Source: Wallemia ichthyophaga EXF-994 (taxonomy: Eukaryota > Fungi > Basidiomycota). Taken from it: a stretch of DNA of 62,000 nucleotides. The stretch covers positions 236,107 through 298,106 of the forward strand of contig NW_008806279.1 in NCBI RefSeq assembly GCF_000400465.1, read 5' to 3'. Positions 1-11,927 of the stretch are shown here, piece after piece (within the stretch, counting starts at the first letter, position 1; each line of letters starts with the position of its first letter). The translations under genes and the position numbers were made by a program. The notes under the pieces are model-generated. The model made no database searches. It was not told the origin of the DNA and worked only from the letters and a program-made list of their open reading frames with translations.

Positions 1-1
1 T

Positions 2-649
2 TCAAATTTACCAGGTAGATATGGGTTACTTGCACCTAGATTTACACCACATGCAGCGCACCTGATTACGCACAAATTGGCATCATTGACAGTGTTAAGG
101 TTGGTAAATCAAAAGCTAGATAGAGAAGCAACGAATAGTTTATTAGAAGCAATCTTTGAAAGTCCAAGTGATGGAGTTTTGTTTGACGCGTTGATGGATC
201 CAGCGCAGGGAGTATCAGTAATAACTAAATTGATAGTATCACAGACGATTGACGAGTATAAGAGACAGGAGTATATGGAAGCAATCAAACGAGTACTAAC
301 GAATGGAAATGTAAAAATAACAAACCCAGCCGCATACAGGAGGTTATTGGATGAGATCAATATGCCTATGAACAAGCTAAATATAATGCAACCGCTACCG
401 GGGACAACAGGTGGCAGTGGGAGTGGGAGTACAGGTGGAACACCACCAACAACGACATTTTCACCACAATTGCAACCAATGCAGCCCATTTATGGTGGAA
501 TGACGCCACCTGCGAGTCTAATGAATCTACAACTACAAGCACATGCGCAAGCCCAAGCACAAGCAGCGGTGTTAGGACATGGATCGCCACCAGTGCCTGA
601 GCAGATACTTAGAGGCTCAACAGGAAACCCATTCAACGCATTTAGATAG
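2..649 (+). CDS. 3' end of Jsn1/Puf1-like Pumilio-domain RNA-binding protein (5' truncated by window)
   Basis: Frame is open from base 2: SNLPGRYGLLAPRFTPHAAHLITHKLASLTVLRLVNQK...AYRRLLDEI. This resembles the conserved C-terminal region of fungal Puf1/Puf2 (Jsn1) proteins. Stop TAG at 647-649. Confidence 0.75.
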   Translation, partial: SNLPGRYGLLAPRFTPHAAHLITHKLASLTVLRLVNQKLDREATNSLLEAIFESPSDGVLFDALMDPAQGVSVITKLIVSQTIDEYKRQEYMEAIKRVLTNGNVKITNPAAYRRLLDEINMPMNKLNIMQPLPGTTGGSGSGSTGGTPPTTTFSPQLQPMQPIYGGMTPPASLMNLQLQAHAQAQAQAAVLGHGSPPVPEQILRGSTGNPFNAFR

Positions 650-721
650 ATGAGCTTATAATGATGAATCTTTAATGTTTGACTTTGTATATAAATTTAA
701 TTCTTTAGGACCACGACAACG

Positions 722-2304
722 ATGACAATATCGATTGCGACAGCGAGCAACAGACTAAAGATGCTGTCCAGGCAGCTGTCGACGAGTAGAACATCGCCAG
801 TTTCCACTAAATCTCTTATCAACGATAGCGTCAAGGAGGTGGGTGAGAGTGCGTCATGATCAAATTAGACTTAGCAGCCTCAGTCCCCAGTGACCTTTAC
901 AGAGGGCGTTGGTCTCAAGACGTTTACTTTGAATCGCCCCAGAGCGCTCAATGCGCTCAACAGGGATATGATGAAGCTTATTAGGAGGCGTATAGGGGTT
1001 AGTGGGATTACTGGCGGAGAAAGTGGCTAAATGATGGTAGGAATGGGATGCTAATCCATCCACAGGCGTTATAGTCTCTTCAGGCGTCGGCAAGGCGTAC
1101 TGTGCTGGCGGTGACGTCAAGTGTGAGTGTGTCACAAGTGGACCATCCACCGCTCACTCCACTCCAAGCCATAGCGCTCAACGCGAACAAAGCCGAAGCG
1201 CTCCAGATTCTCAAGGAGGAGTTCGAACTCGACCACGAGCTATCGGTGCTAACGAAGCCGTACATAGCGCTAATGGATGGTTATACGATGGGGGGCGGGG
1301 CAGGAATAGCGCTACCTGCACCGGTACGTATATCTACAGACAACACCTACTTGTCTTTCCCTGAGACGAGGCTGGGCTATGCGCCCGACGTCGGTGCATC
1401 GTACTACCTTTCGCGGCTGGATGGTCAGCTGGGGACATACCTCAGTCTGACAGGTGCGGGTGTGTCGGGGAGCGACGCTTACCACCTTGGTCTATCCACG
1501 CACCACGTCTCGCCTTCCCTTTTTCCTGCTCTGCTCGCACGCCTCAGCGATCTCCCGACACCCGTCACCGCGGCGGCTGTGAGTGGGGCGGTGGAGGAGT
1601 ACACCACGCACCCTCTTCCCCGCTTAAGCGAAGAATGGCGAGGAGCACACCGCCGCGCAATTGACGACGCTTTCGGACAGGCCTCTGTGGAGGATATCGT
1701 GCAAGTGCTGCAACACCAGGCGGAGGGTGGAAATAAGGGCGTAAGTGTGTGGGCAACCTCTACACTACACACACTCCGCCAACGCCCGCCTACATCGCTT
1801 CGTGTCGCTCTCGAGGCAGTGCGTCGAGGCATGAAGATGCACAGTGTTGCGCAAGCCTTGCACCAAGAACACACATTCGCAGATGGGTTCCTACACGCCA
1901 ATGAAGATTTCGCGAAAGGCGTGCAGGCAGTCTTGGTAGATAAGGCTACCCACCCACCTGACTGGTCCCCGCGCTCGCTCAGAGATACTCATAAAGCGGA
2001 CGTCCTTGGCGCGTATTTCGCCGGTACGCAGCGCGTCCATGGTGCGAATGCACTCGATTTACGCTCGGAGAAACGCCCACTGCATGCCTTTAGGGATTTC
2101 ACCCTACCTTCCGAACACGCCGTCGAGAGTTACGTGCGCGGCTCTCATCCAGCCTCGGGCGCTAATGCCGTCACGCGCGACGAGGTACTCGCCTTCTTCA
2201 AATCCGCTCACAGCAACAAGCAGAGCAAGGCCGTTGCAGACAAGGTGCAGGAGGTGCTCGATAGATGTGCTGAGGAGAAGGGTGGGTATATGAGGTGGAT
2301 TTAA
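722..2304 (+). CDS. EHD3: 3-hydroxyisobutyryl-CoA hydrolase, mitochondrial (crotonase fold)
   Basis: ATG 722 with an R/S-rich presequence. Introns 839-877, 998-1040 and 1123-1168 restore LNRPRALNALN, AYCAGGDVK, MDGYTMGGG and FPETRLGYAPDVG motifs. Confidence 0.92.
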
Positions 2305-2372
2305 GTGAATTTAAGTGAATATGAATGTGTACGTGTATGATGGATAAATAACTCTAAATTAAAGGTTGACAT

Positions 2373-4225
2373 TTACACACTCTCCACTACCAAACTACCA
2401 ATACTGTCATTCTGGATAAACTCAAACGCCTCTCGACAGACATCTCTGAGGAGGGAGGAGTTGCGCATGGCGACGTCAGCGAGGGGTCTTCTAGCAAAGA
2501 GGGAGAGGAGGGAGGTGACGCGAGGGTGAGGGTGGGTTAGGGCGTTTGAGTGGACATCATCGCCACTATCCTGCTGCTGCTGCTGCTCCTGTACCTGCGC
2601 CTGGCTAGGCGGCACAGGTAGACCATAGTAGCCTTTAGACTCTGGTCTGTTAGCTTCGTCAGTTTGGAGGACGTTCTTTGCGAGTGGGTTCGCCTTCTGG
2701 GCGAGCAAACGCAGGAGGAGTGCAGCCTGGTAAGCGATGCCGCGGGGAAAGGCATCGTCATCGCATGGCACGTGCAGGAGAGTGTAGGCGACGCCTGGTG
2801 GGCGTGCGTTGGCATGCGCGTCGGCAGCTGTGACTTTCTGCTGTTTGCGCGACCTTGCACTCCCGCCCCCACCCACCAATGCCAACACCCTTCCCTTCAG
2901 CTGCGTCCCCCGCGGGACGGAAGAGGTGGAGTCGACGGCAAATAGCACCCCTCCCCACGTGAATGTGACGGGCGGGGTGGGGATATCGATGTAAGTGCGC
3001 GAAATATACGCATACAACTCGTCGGGGGTAGCGAAGGTGGTGCGGTCGTCGCCCCAGTAGCAAGTGTAGGAGGGAGAGGGAGAGGGCGATTGTGATTTTT
3101 CTTGTGATTGCGAGTCACGGTGAGCGTGAAGATGCTCCTGCACTCGCGCACACACCTCCTCATCACCCAGCAAAGGGGTGTGGTAGGCGTATTTAGACAG
3201 TGTGTCGCGGTAAAGAGTGAGGAGGGACTGTGGGATGGAGGGAAGATTTGTGGGGTTTAGAGCCCATACCGCTTTGATCCTGTTGTATGTGTGAGTGAGA
3301 GAAATGAAACACACTATCACCACACTTACCACTCGCGCGTTCGGTTGGGTTCAGTCATCATACCGATACGCTCGCATTCTTCGTCCGAGAGAGAGACAAG
3401 AGGAGGGGCGTTGGTCGTATCTGTAAATTCGCACCGCCGCTCTTCTTCAATAGTCTCGTCGTAGAGCATGTAAGCAAGGGATTTTACGAGAATTGGAAGG
3501 TGGGCGTGGGTGAGGAGGTGGGTGAGTATGGCGGGGGATGTGGATGCACTGGCGTAGATGAATTCTAAAGCAGCAGCGCGGAGGTGAGCGTCAGGGAGGA
3601 GAGCCGAGTCGATGGCGGGTGAGAAGACGCGTAGGGATTGGTGGTGGACGCGCGGAAGGTGGGGGTTGTTACGTACGAAGACGGCGATAAGGCGGAGAGA
3701 GAGGAGAACGTAGGCTCTGTCGTGGGAGTGGATGAGATCTGCAATCATACCAAGTAAAGGGTTCTTTGGTGGCTCTTGAAGGAGGTCACCGATGGATTCC
3801 AAGATGGAGAGTAGCTTCAGGGTGATTTCGTTGGCGGTGTCGGAAGAGTAGAGGAAGCGTAGATAACGCTGAGATAAAGCGAGGATGGTTTTGTGGTGAG
3901 AGTGGATGATAGGGAGGTTAGAGTGGGTGATTGATAGATTGTTGATGATCGTGAGAGCGTCGTTTGCTTGGTGGTTGAGCGTTTGATAAGAACTGTGATT
4001 GTAATCTAGATTGTTATCAGATAAGCATTTAGAGGCCTCGATAGGGAAATCAAATAACGCGTCTAATAAACCATGAAAATGATTTACATTGAAATGATGA
4101 GTTTGATTGGAGGATACGAGTAATTGAGAGAGAGCCCAGTCAGTTTCAGCTAATAAACCTGATTTAAGAGATAAATAAATTCTATCCATGTCCACGTTTT
4201 CCGGGTAGATGTCTTCAGATGACAT
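2373..4225 (-). CDS. RSC9: Rsc9/ARID2-like RSC chromatin remodelling subunit
   Basis: ORFs 3326-4465 and 2373-3332 join through a 50-nt GTAAGT..CAG intron (3280-3329), giving EPNRTREWIKAVW. The N-terminal DRIYLSLKSGLLAETDWAL matches the Rsc9 armadillo region. ATG 4225. Confidence 0.65.
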
Positions 4226-4470
4226 GGTGGTGTGGGTGTAAGGAAGATGAGATAACGATGGAGATAAGCAATAGAGATGGAGATAAGAGATGGAGAATAC
4301 ACAGACGTAATTGACAACAACTCGCTTAATGCGGATGATGGCTATGTCAGTGGTGGTAAGAAGCCGCAGGGGAAGTGGGAGAGTGGAATGTTTTGAAGGT
4401 CGTGAATTAAATTCAAAGAAATATATAAGATAGACAAATGAGTAAAATTTACTTAGGAATTTCAAACATT

Positions 4471-4512
4471 CTTGGCAAATAGATGATAATCATCTTGGCA
4501 AAAAACCTTGGC
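4471..4512 (-). promoter_or_regulatory. Three PacC/Rim101 consensus sites (GCCAAG) upstream of pacC
   Basis: CTTGGC at 4471-4476, 4494-4499 and 4507-4512. The known PacC consensus is GCCARG. Confidence 0.6.
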
Positions 4513-4538
4513 TTGTTGAGATACAGTCAACAGGGAGA

Positions 4539-6882
4539 ATGGCGAGTATAGTGTAATAATAAATAAATAGTCTAATAGATATCTCAGGCAGATGAAATAC
4601 TCCAATGTGAATGGACTGGCTGTTCAGAACAATTCCACGATCCTTCCAGTCTATTTGAACATCTATCGAATAACCATATAGGGAGGAAATCACAGGGGAA
4701 TTTATCACTTGAATGCAAATGGCACAATTGCTCTGTTAAAGTTACAAAGAGAGATCACATGACTTCACATATCAGAGTACACGTTCCACTAAAACCGCAC
4801 AAGTGTTCTCTGTGTAATAAGCAGTTCAAGCGCCCACAGGATCTGAAGAAGCATGAGAAGACACATGGTGACGAGGTGGTTGATCCTAGTGGTAATAGTA
4901 ATACTACTAGTAACACACCCATTTACCCTACGCTACCCTCCAATAAACCCACTCAACCCATTCAACCCACAAACAATTGCAAATCAAAGGATGCTCAATA
5001 CCTGTACAACTACTTCCACCGCAATCAATCCAACTCGGTACCTATTTCGGCAAATGTCTCGGCTTCTAACCCGGCGCCTATCTCGACAAACGATTTCACT
5101 AACAATTCCCCCTCCTATCAATCCATCTACCCTGATTGGAATTCTCACATAAATCAACTCAATTCCTTCAACTACAGCGTTCCTCCAAAATTTCATGATT
5201 TGAAATCTGGTCAGAAGAGAGGCATTGAAGCGCTATCAATGGATGAATTAGTTGATGATTTAATGAGAAAGAAGTTGGCTCAACAGCAGGTGATTCAACA
5301 GCAGCCCCACACTCAATCACAGTCCAATCAACAACAGCCACACACTCAATCACACCAACAAAACCCCCTCTTCGACAACAAGATTTGCGACTCTCTCTGC
5401 CACATGTACAACTACGCTAACATACCTCCCCCACCTGCTGTCCCACACGCAGCTCCACCTGTACCACCCGCTCCACCAACAATCACTAACCTTAATTATC
5501 ACATCAACAGCGGTGAAGACTTAGCTGGTGTTAACAGCCTACTCGTTCAACTAGGCAGGGAAGCTGTCAGTACTCTTAGCTCCAATTCAAACTCCTCCTC
5601 CCCACACTCCTCAGAAGACATTTTTGATCCAGCTACGCTTGCTACTTTTGGTTTATCACCGAGTGACTCAAGTAGTGATGGTTTCATTGATTATTCGGGT
5701 GATTATGCTGATTACGCTGATTATTCGGGTGACTTTGGTGATTATAATGATTATCCAACTAATCAATCTCATCCACAACCTAATTCCCACTCCCTCTCCA
5801 CCTCTTTCCCTGCTATCGACTCCTCCTTATATCCCCAACTCGAGAAGAAACACAAATCCAACAATTCCAACAACTCTCACCCTGCTTTCCTCCCTGAATT
5901 CTCACTCTCTCCTCCCCAAATTGCTCTCAGCGGCAATGAAAATGGTTATGGCAACAGCAGTGGGAGTATATCAGAAAACAAGGTCAAAAAAGTTAAAGTG
6001 CCTCAGCTCACCAAGGCTAATATGAGGGGTGTGAGGGGTGTGAGGAGTGTGAGGAGTGTGAAAGGTGTGGGTAGTCCAACTAGTGCAACCAGTCCAACCA
6101 GTATACACAGTCTACTCGATGAGCCCATGGACCAAGATGACAATCAATTTGACGCGGAGAAATTAGATAAACTCGAAAATCTGGAGGAAAAGGAAAAGGA
6201 AATGGAAATAGAGACCAACTCAGATACATCTTCACACTCGCACTCCACAAACGCACCAATGCACCCTAACCCCAATCTCACCCTTCCGCCGATCATCACA
6301 GCGCCACCTAGTCCACCGACTGCATCTACCGGACTCAGTCCATTGCAGATAGCGGGTGCGTTATCTCCGACGCCACACGGAGGTATAAAGACTGAATCGA
6401 GACCAACATCGAGTAATGAGGATTTTACTGGCAGTGGCACATCTACGTCTAGGTCTAGGTCTAGATCCGTTTCGACTTCCACTTCCACTTCAACCCCCAG
6501 ACCAAGTTCCACGTCGCGCAGTGGTAATTGGAGAAATGGGGATGATGTGGCGATGCAACCGCATTCGCAGTCACTGCCTGAACCAAAATCAAACAAAAAA
6601 TCAAACCCGCCCAGTCACTCCCCCGCTACTGGTCTCGAAGCCCTCGCTCTTGCTGCAACGGCTAACGCGACGCGAACTGAAGAATCGAGTGGGATCGGCG
6701 AGAACACGGAGCACAGGAAGCACTCCGATCAGACAAATCGCACAATTCGCGCTGTGCACGTCATCAGAGCACTCCTCTACACTATCAATCTCGATTATAA
6801 GCAAAGGGAGGACAAGCAGAAGGTGAATAAAATGGATAGCAAGGATAGTTATCTATTAGGCACACACACACAAACATACTAG
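4539..6882 (+). CDS. pacC: pH-response C2H2 transcription factor PacC/Rim101
   Basis: Frame open from 4588 encodes three fingers: [60 protein letters not shown] and YPQL PalA/Rim20-binding motifs are present. The first micro-exon (ATG 4539, intron ending 4587 or 4591) is tentative. Confidence 0.93.
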
Positions 6883-7099
6883 CTAGCTGGCTAGCTGTTT
6901 CACTCATTCTCATTTTCATTCTCAAACTCAATTGTCAAATTGTAAATATGTATTCTAGATAATAACGTGGGTATGTGTGGGACTGAAAAAAACATGGTGA
7001 AAATTATGGTGTTATGGTGTTACGATGAAAAGGTTGAGTAAGACATGGGGCGTGAAACAGGACGAAAGTTTGCTATTTACACTTATCCAGCTTATCGAA

Positions 7100-8248
7100 C
7101 TAATCGGCCGTTTCACATTCAGGCCCAGGCTCACCTAGACGCTGCTTTCCCCTCACCAACTTACCTTGCATCTCCATAGCGCCTGCCTTCTCACCACATC
7201 CACCACCGGTCAATTCTCTCAACGACGGTAGCTTAGATCTAACTTTAACGGGTGAGTCGTTATCATGATCTTGATCATTATCGTTGTCCTTGTACCGTGC
7301 ACGTGGAGTATGTGGGTTATTCAGTGGACTGAAAGGCATATGTTTTGGTGTTGGTGCGAGACCGAGTTTGGTGGCTAGATCTGAGTGAGCGGGAGAACTC
7401 AAGTATTCAAACTTGTTAGTCTTGACAGTGTCGCTGATATTCCGATTCTTCTCTTTAAACAAAGCGGGTAGTGTTGGTGGAGGTGTGTTGGTGCCGCTCA
7501 ACATCATATTCTCGGTTGTTGGTACACGCGTTGTTTGCCGGTAGGGTGTTATTGCTGGTAGCTTGAATGGTGTGATATCATTACCGTCTTCCCTGAATAT
7601 CTCAAATCTGGGTATCGAAGGTGGTGCGCGGGTGGGGTAAGTGAGAGGAGGCAGGGTGGATTGTGAAGGCGTGTGTTTGATTGGAGTGAGAGAAGGTGGA
7701 GTCGGAGTGGGTGTGGGGTTCTTTCGGTTGTTTTCAGCCGTGTTTTCAATGTTACTGTCACCACCTTCATTAAGTGTTCGACTCCTTTGCCGCTTATTTG
7801 CCGCCCACCTCCGCTTGCTCTCAAGCATACGCCTACGCCTATCGTCGTCATCCTTAGGCCGATCGTGGCTGTTATCCCAACGTGTGCGTCGTGGTTGAGC
7901 AGTCAATGGAATCCCGTGTTTCTCTTGGTAATGTCTTCTGAGGATAGAACGTGCGTGTCTGCCTGTGTACGATTTATCGCAGTGCTCGCAGTAACAAACA
8001 GTGTGAGTCGATTTTGTGTTTGTCGGTGTCGGGATTGGTGTGTTTGAGGTTGGAGCTATGGCTGAAGTTGTCCTCATGCTCGTTGTGGCTGTGCTTGCGC
8101 TCGTGCTTGTTGCTGTGCTTGTGCTCGTGGATGTACCCGTGCACTCCGCTGTACTCGTGCTACTCCTGGTTCTGGGAATACGCCTTGTACTTTGCTCAGC
8201 ACTACCACTCCCGTCCCCACTCGTCTTATCGAGAATATTATCTTTCAT
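7100..8248 (-). CDS. Hypothetical protein with single C2H2-like finger and basic region
   Basis: Intronless 382-aa ORF with CEHCDKSYTGRHARSILRRHYQEKH followed by basic RRRMLESKRRWAANKRQR; the rest is low complexity. Confidence 0.7.
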   Translation of the reverse strand: MKDNILDKTSGDGSGSAEQSTRRIPRTRSSTSTAECTGTSTSTSTATSTSASTATTSMRTTSAIAPTSNTPIPTPTNTKSTHTVCYCEHCDKSYTGRHARSILRRHYQEKHGIPLTAQPRRTRWDNSHDRPKDDDDRRRRMLESKRRWAANKRQRSRTLNEGGDSNIENTAENNRKNPTPTPTPPSLTPIKHTPSQSTLPPLTYPTRAPPSIPRFEIFREDGNDITPFKLPAITPYRQTTRVPTTENMMLSGTNTPPPTLPALFKEKNRNISDTVKTNKFEYLSSPAHSDLATKLGLAPTPKHMPFSPLNNPHTPRARYKDNDNDQDHDNDSPVKVRSKLPSLRELTGGGCGEKAGAMEMQGKLVRGKQRLGEPGPECETAD

Positions 8249-8298
8249 CTACTCATGGGCGTTGAAGAAATGGAGGTTTTGTGATGGATGGGCGTTGA

Positions 8299-9561
<1,263 letters not shown>

Positions 9562-9570
9562 TGTAATTAT

Positions 9571-10863
9571 TTATTTATTTAGATTTCTTTTCAATACAGG
9601 TGGGAGTGTTTTCTGAGGTTTGCCTGGGTTGCTTGCCTTGTCTGCCTTTTTCGCCCTCCTATTCGACCATCTCAATTGATAATTGAGTCGAGCAAAGTGT
9701 ATCCACAATTTGTCAGCGTTGAATGGGTATCGCAAGCTAGGCTTGGTATTGGGTATTCTTTCAAGTATAAAAACGTGTTCATTAAATGTCCTACGCTGAG
9801 CTTGTGTTGATAGTGTTGATTGTCTTGTTTTCGTCAGTCTGTCTTTAAACTTGGCTAGTAAATCCTGACGCAAGTCCTGAATTGTTTGCAATTGCGTGGG
9901 TTGCGTGGGCTGCGTGAGTTGCTTCTGCTCCTTGTGCTCACTCAACCCCTTCAACTCACTCCCCAACCTCCTCTTTTTCTGCTTACTAGCGCGCTGAGCT
10001 GCGAGTGATTCGAGGATTTGCTTGCGTGGTGCGGGTGGGGCAAGTGTGGATGGAATTTCCGTCTTTTCAATCTGCTCCACCTCCTCATACATCCGCTTCC
10101 TCTCCGCGAAACGCCTAGGTTCAGGCTGCATCGAGAGTCTAGCCAGCGTGAGGTATTTCTCTCGCGCCTCTCTTTCACTCTCTTTGTACGCTGTCTGTGT
10201 GTGATTCTCGTGATTCGTATATGTTGCCTCATCTCCATCGAGCCCAAACATCCTCGATGGCGCCGGAGTGCGTCTACCGAGAGGAACATTTCTGATGCTT
10301 TTCAGTGGGGATGGGGGTGGTAGTGTGTGTGTGTGTGTTTGTGCGTGATTACTTGACTCATTCGCATCTTCCAAGTCGCTGGAAGTGGTAGCACTGTTAG
10401 CACCATCACTATCACTATTCGCTTCACTGTCGCTAGGTATTACGATTATTTTGCGTCTGTGAGTGTGTCTGGGCGATTCCTTATCGCTGTTGCTATCGCT
10501 ATCGCTATTGCGGCTGCTCCCACTGCTCAGGTCTTCTGTATCACTATCGCTATCGATATAAATCCTGCTATCACCCCCGCTTTCACTATCAACCTCACTG
10601 ACCTCACTACTGCTGCTGATTTCAACTATGTCTTTGGTGTTGGAGTGGGATACGCTGCTCCGTCTGCTCTGTCTTGGGGGGATGGAGCTGGCAGCCACAC
10701 TAACACTCCTGATACTGTTGTCACTCGGCCTACTACCAGGGCTACCAGTGCTACCAGTACTTGCAGTACTACCACCTCTGCCACTACCAATACCCCCAAT
10801 ATCCCGTCTTCCATTGTAGAAACTGCTAACAAGGCTCTCTATCGCTCTATTAACAAAATTCAT
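9571..10863 (-). CDS. Hypothetical Ser/Asp-rich low-complexity protein
   Basis: 430-aa ATG-initiated ORF filling the gap; no recognisable domain. Confidence 0.65.
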   Translation of the reverse strand: MNFVNRAIESLVSSFYNGRRDIGGIGSGRGGSTASTGSTGSPGSRPSDNSIRSVSVAASSIPPRQSRRSSVSHSNTKDIVEISSSSEVSEVDSESGGDSRIYIDSDSDTEDLSSGSSRNSDSDSNSDKESPRHTHRRKIIVIPSDSEANSDSDGANSATTSSDLEDANESSNHAQTHTHTLPPPSPLKSIRNVPLGRRTPAPSRMFGLDGDEATYTNHENHTQTAYKESEREAREKYLTLARLSMQPEPRRFAERKRMYEEVEQIEKTEIPSTLAPPAPRKQILESLAAQRASKQKKRRLGSELKGLSEHKEQKQLTQPTQPTQLQTIQDLRQDLLAKFKDRLTKTRQSTLSTQAQRRTFNEHVFILERIPNTKPSLRYPFNADKLWIHFARLNYQLRWSNRRAKKADKASNPGKPQKTLPPVLKRNLNK

Positions 10864-11053
10864 TCTTGACGATCAATTCCGCGTGTTTGGTGCAAGTGGA
10901 AGCGTGTCAAATAAATTTGGAAAGAGTGTGTTTTTATCGCTATGAACTATTACAAGAAGGAATAGAATAATTTATCGCTGTTTGTCATCCTGAGAGAGAG
11001 CCAGCTCCTCGAATTACCAGATAACCAGATAAACAGATAGCCACATAGTAATA

Positions 11054-11503
11054 CTATACTGCCGTGATGGAAATAGATGGAATGTCTGTTCTTCTTGGTG
11101 GTGGCGTTGACTCGGCTGTCGTTGCTGCTCTCACACCCCCACCTCTCCTGCCCAGCGTCGCAATCATCGTCTTACCTTCACTGACGTGTCTTGAAGGTGT
11201 ACCAATATCGCTGCCATGCTTTTGAAGCAGTCTCAGTCTGATTTCATCAAGTGTCGGCGTAGTTCTACGACGCGTCTCGTTCGTCTTGACGAATCCCCTA
11301 CCGCGTAGGAATGGCTTAGGTTGTTTGGCTGGTGAAACACTTGTGCCAGACATTACCGTTGCTATCGTTGGAAGTGATGCTGTAGCATCTGCGCGTGATT
11401 GTGTGGATTGAGTAGGTTGAATTCCCTGTGTAACCTGTGTACCCTGGCTAATGCGTTGTGTACCGCCATTATCCATCTGTGTTGATCCTTGTATTGTGTT
11501 CAT
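11054..11503 (-). CDS. Hypothetical small protein with N-terminal S/T-Q cluster
   Basis: 149-aa ATG ORF with seven SQ/TQ dipeptides in the first 35 residues. Confidence 0.55.
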   Translation of the reverse strand: MNTIQGSTQMDNGGTQRISQGTQVTQGIQPTQSTQSRADATASLPTIATVMSGTSVSPAKQPKPFLRGRGFVKTNETRRRTTPTLDEIRLRLLQKHGSDIGTPSRHVSEGKTMIATLGRRGGGVRAATTAESTPPPRRTDIPSISITAV

Positions 11504-11622
11504 GCTTAATTTGGTCCAGCCAATTATTTTAAATCGCGGTTTCAGTTTTACGCGGTTTCGGTTTAACCTCGTTGTCTTTCAATTCCACAGCTCAAAATAT
11601 CCAACAACTTCCAAATTTGGTA

Positions 11623-11927
11623 ATGAGTGCTAGCAGTGGGAGTATTAGTGATAGTAATAGTGATAGCAGTAGTGATAGCAGCAATACAAGCCACTCAACT
11701 GATATCACATCACAACACAGCGTAGACACCACAGACAACACAGACAACACAAACAACGCAGAAACCACAGACACCACAGACACTACAGACACTACAGACA
11801 GACAGCAACTCCCCTACGAAGCTGGCTTTGGCGGCCAACAAGACCTAGAGTGGGTATTTATATCTCATTACGTCGTTTCTAATACAAATTCAGGGATCGT
11901 TATGCTAGCACTAGCGGCGACAACTAG
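11623..11927 (+). CDS. Hypothetical 86-aa acidic Ser/Thr/Asp-rich protein (2 exons)
   Basis: ATG 11623; 44-nt intron 11850-11893 (GTGGGT, CTAAT branch, TTCAG). The spliced C-terminus is LPYEAGFGGQQDLEDRYASTSGDN, stop TAG 11925-11927. Confidence 0.5.

Noticed and set aside
109-6826. Many antisense and alternative-frame ORFs over Puf1, EHD3, RSC9 and pacC
   Set aside because: They are shadows of GC-rich or low-complexity real CDSs, mostly start at non-ATG codons and have no motifs.
6873-6894. TAG-CTA context after pacC as possible stop-codon readthrough
   Set aside because: The next in-frame stop comes after three codons and adds no targeting signal.
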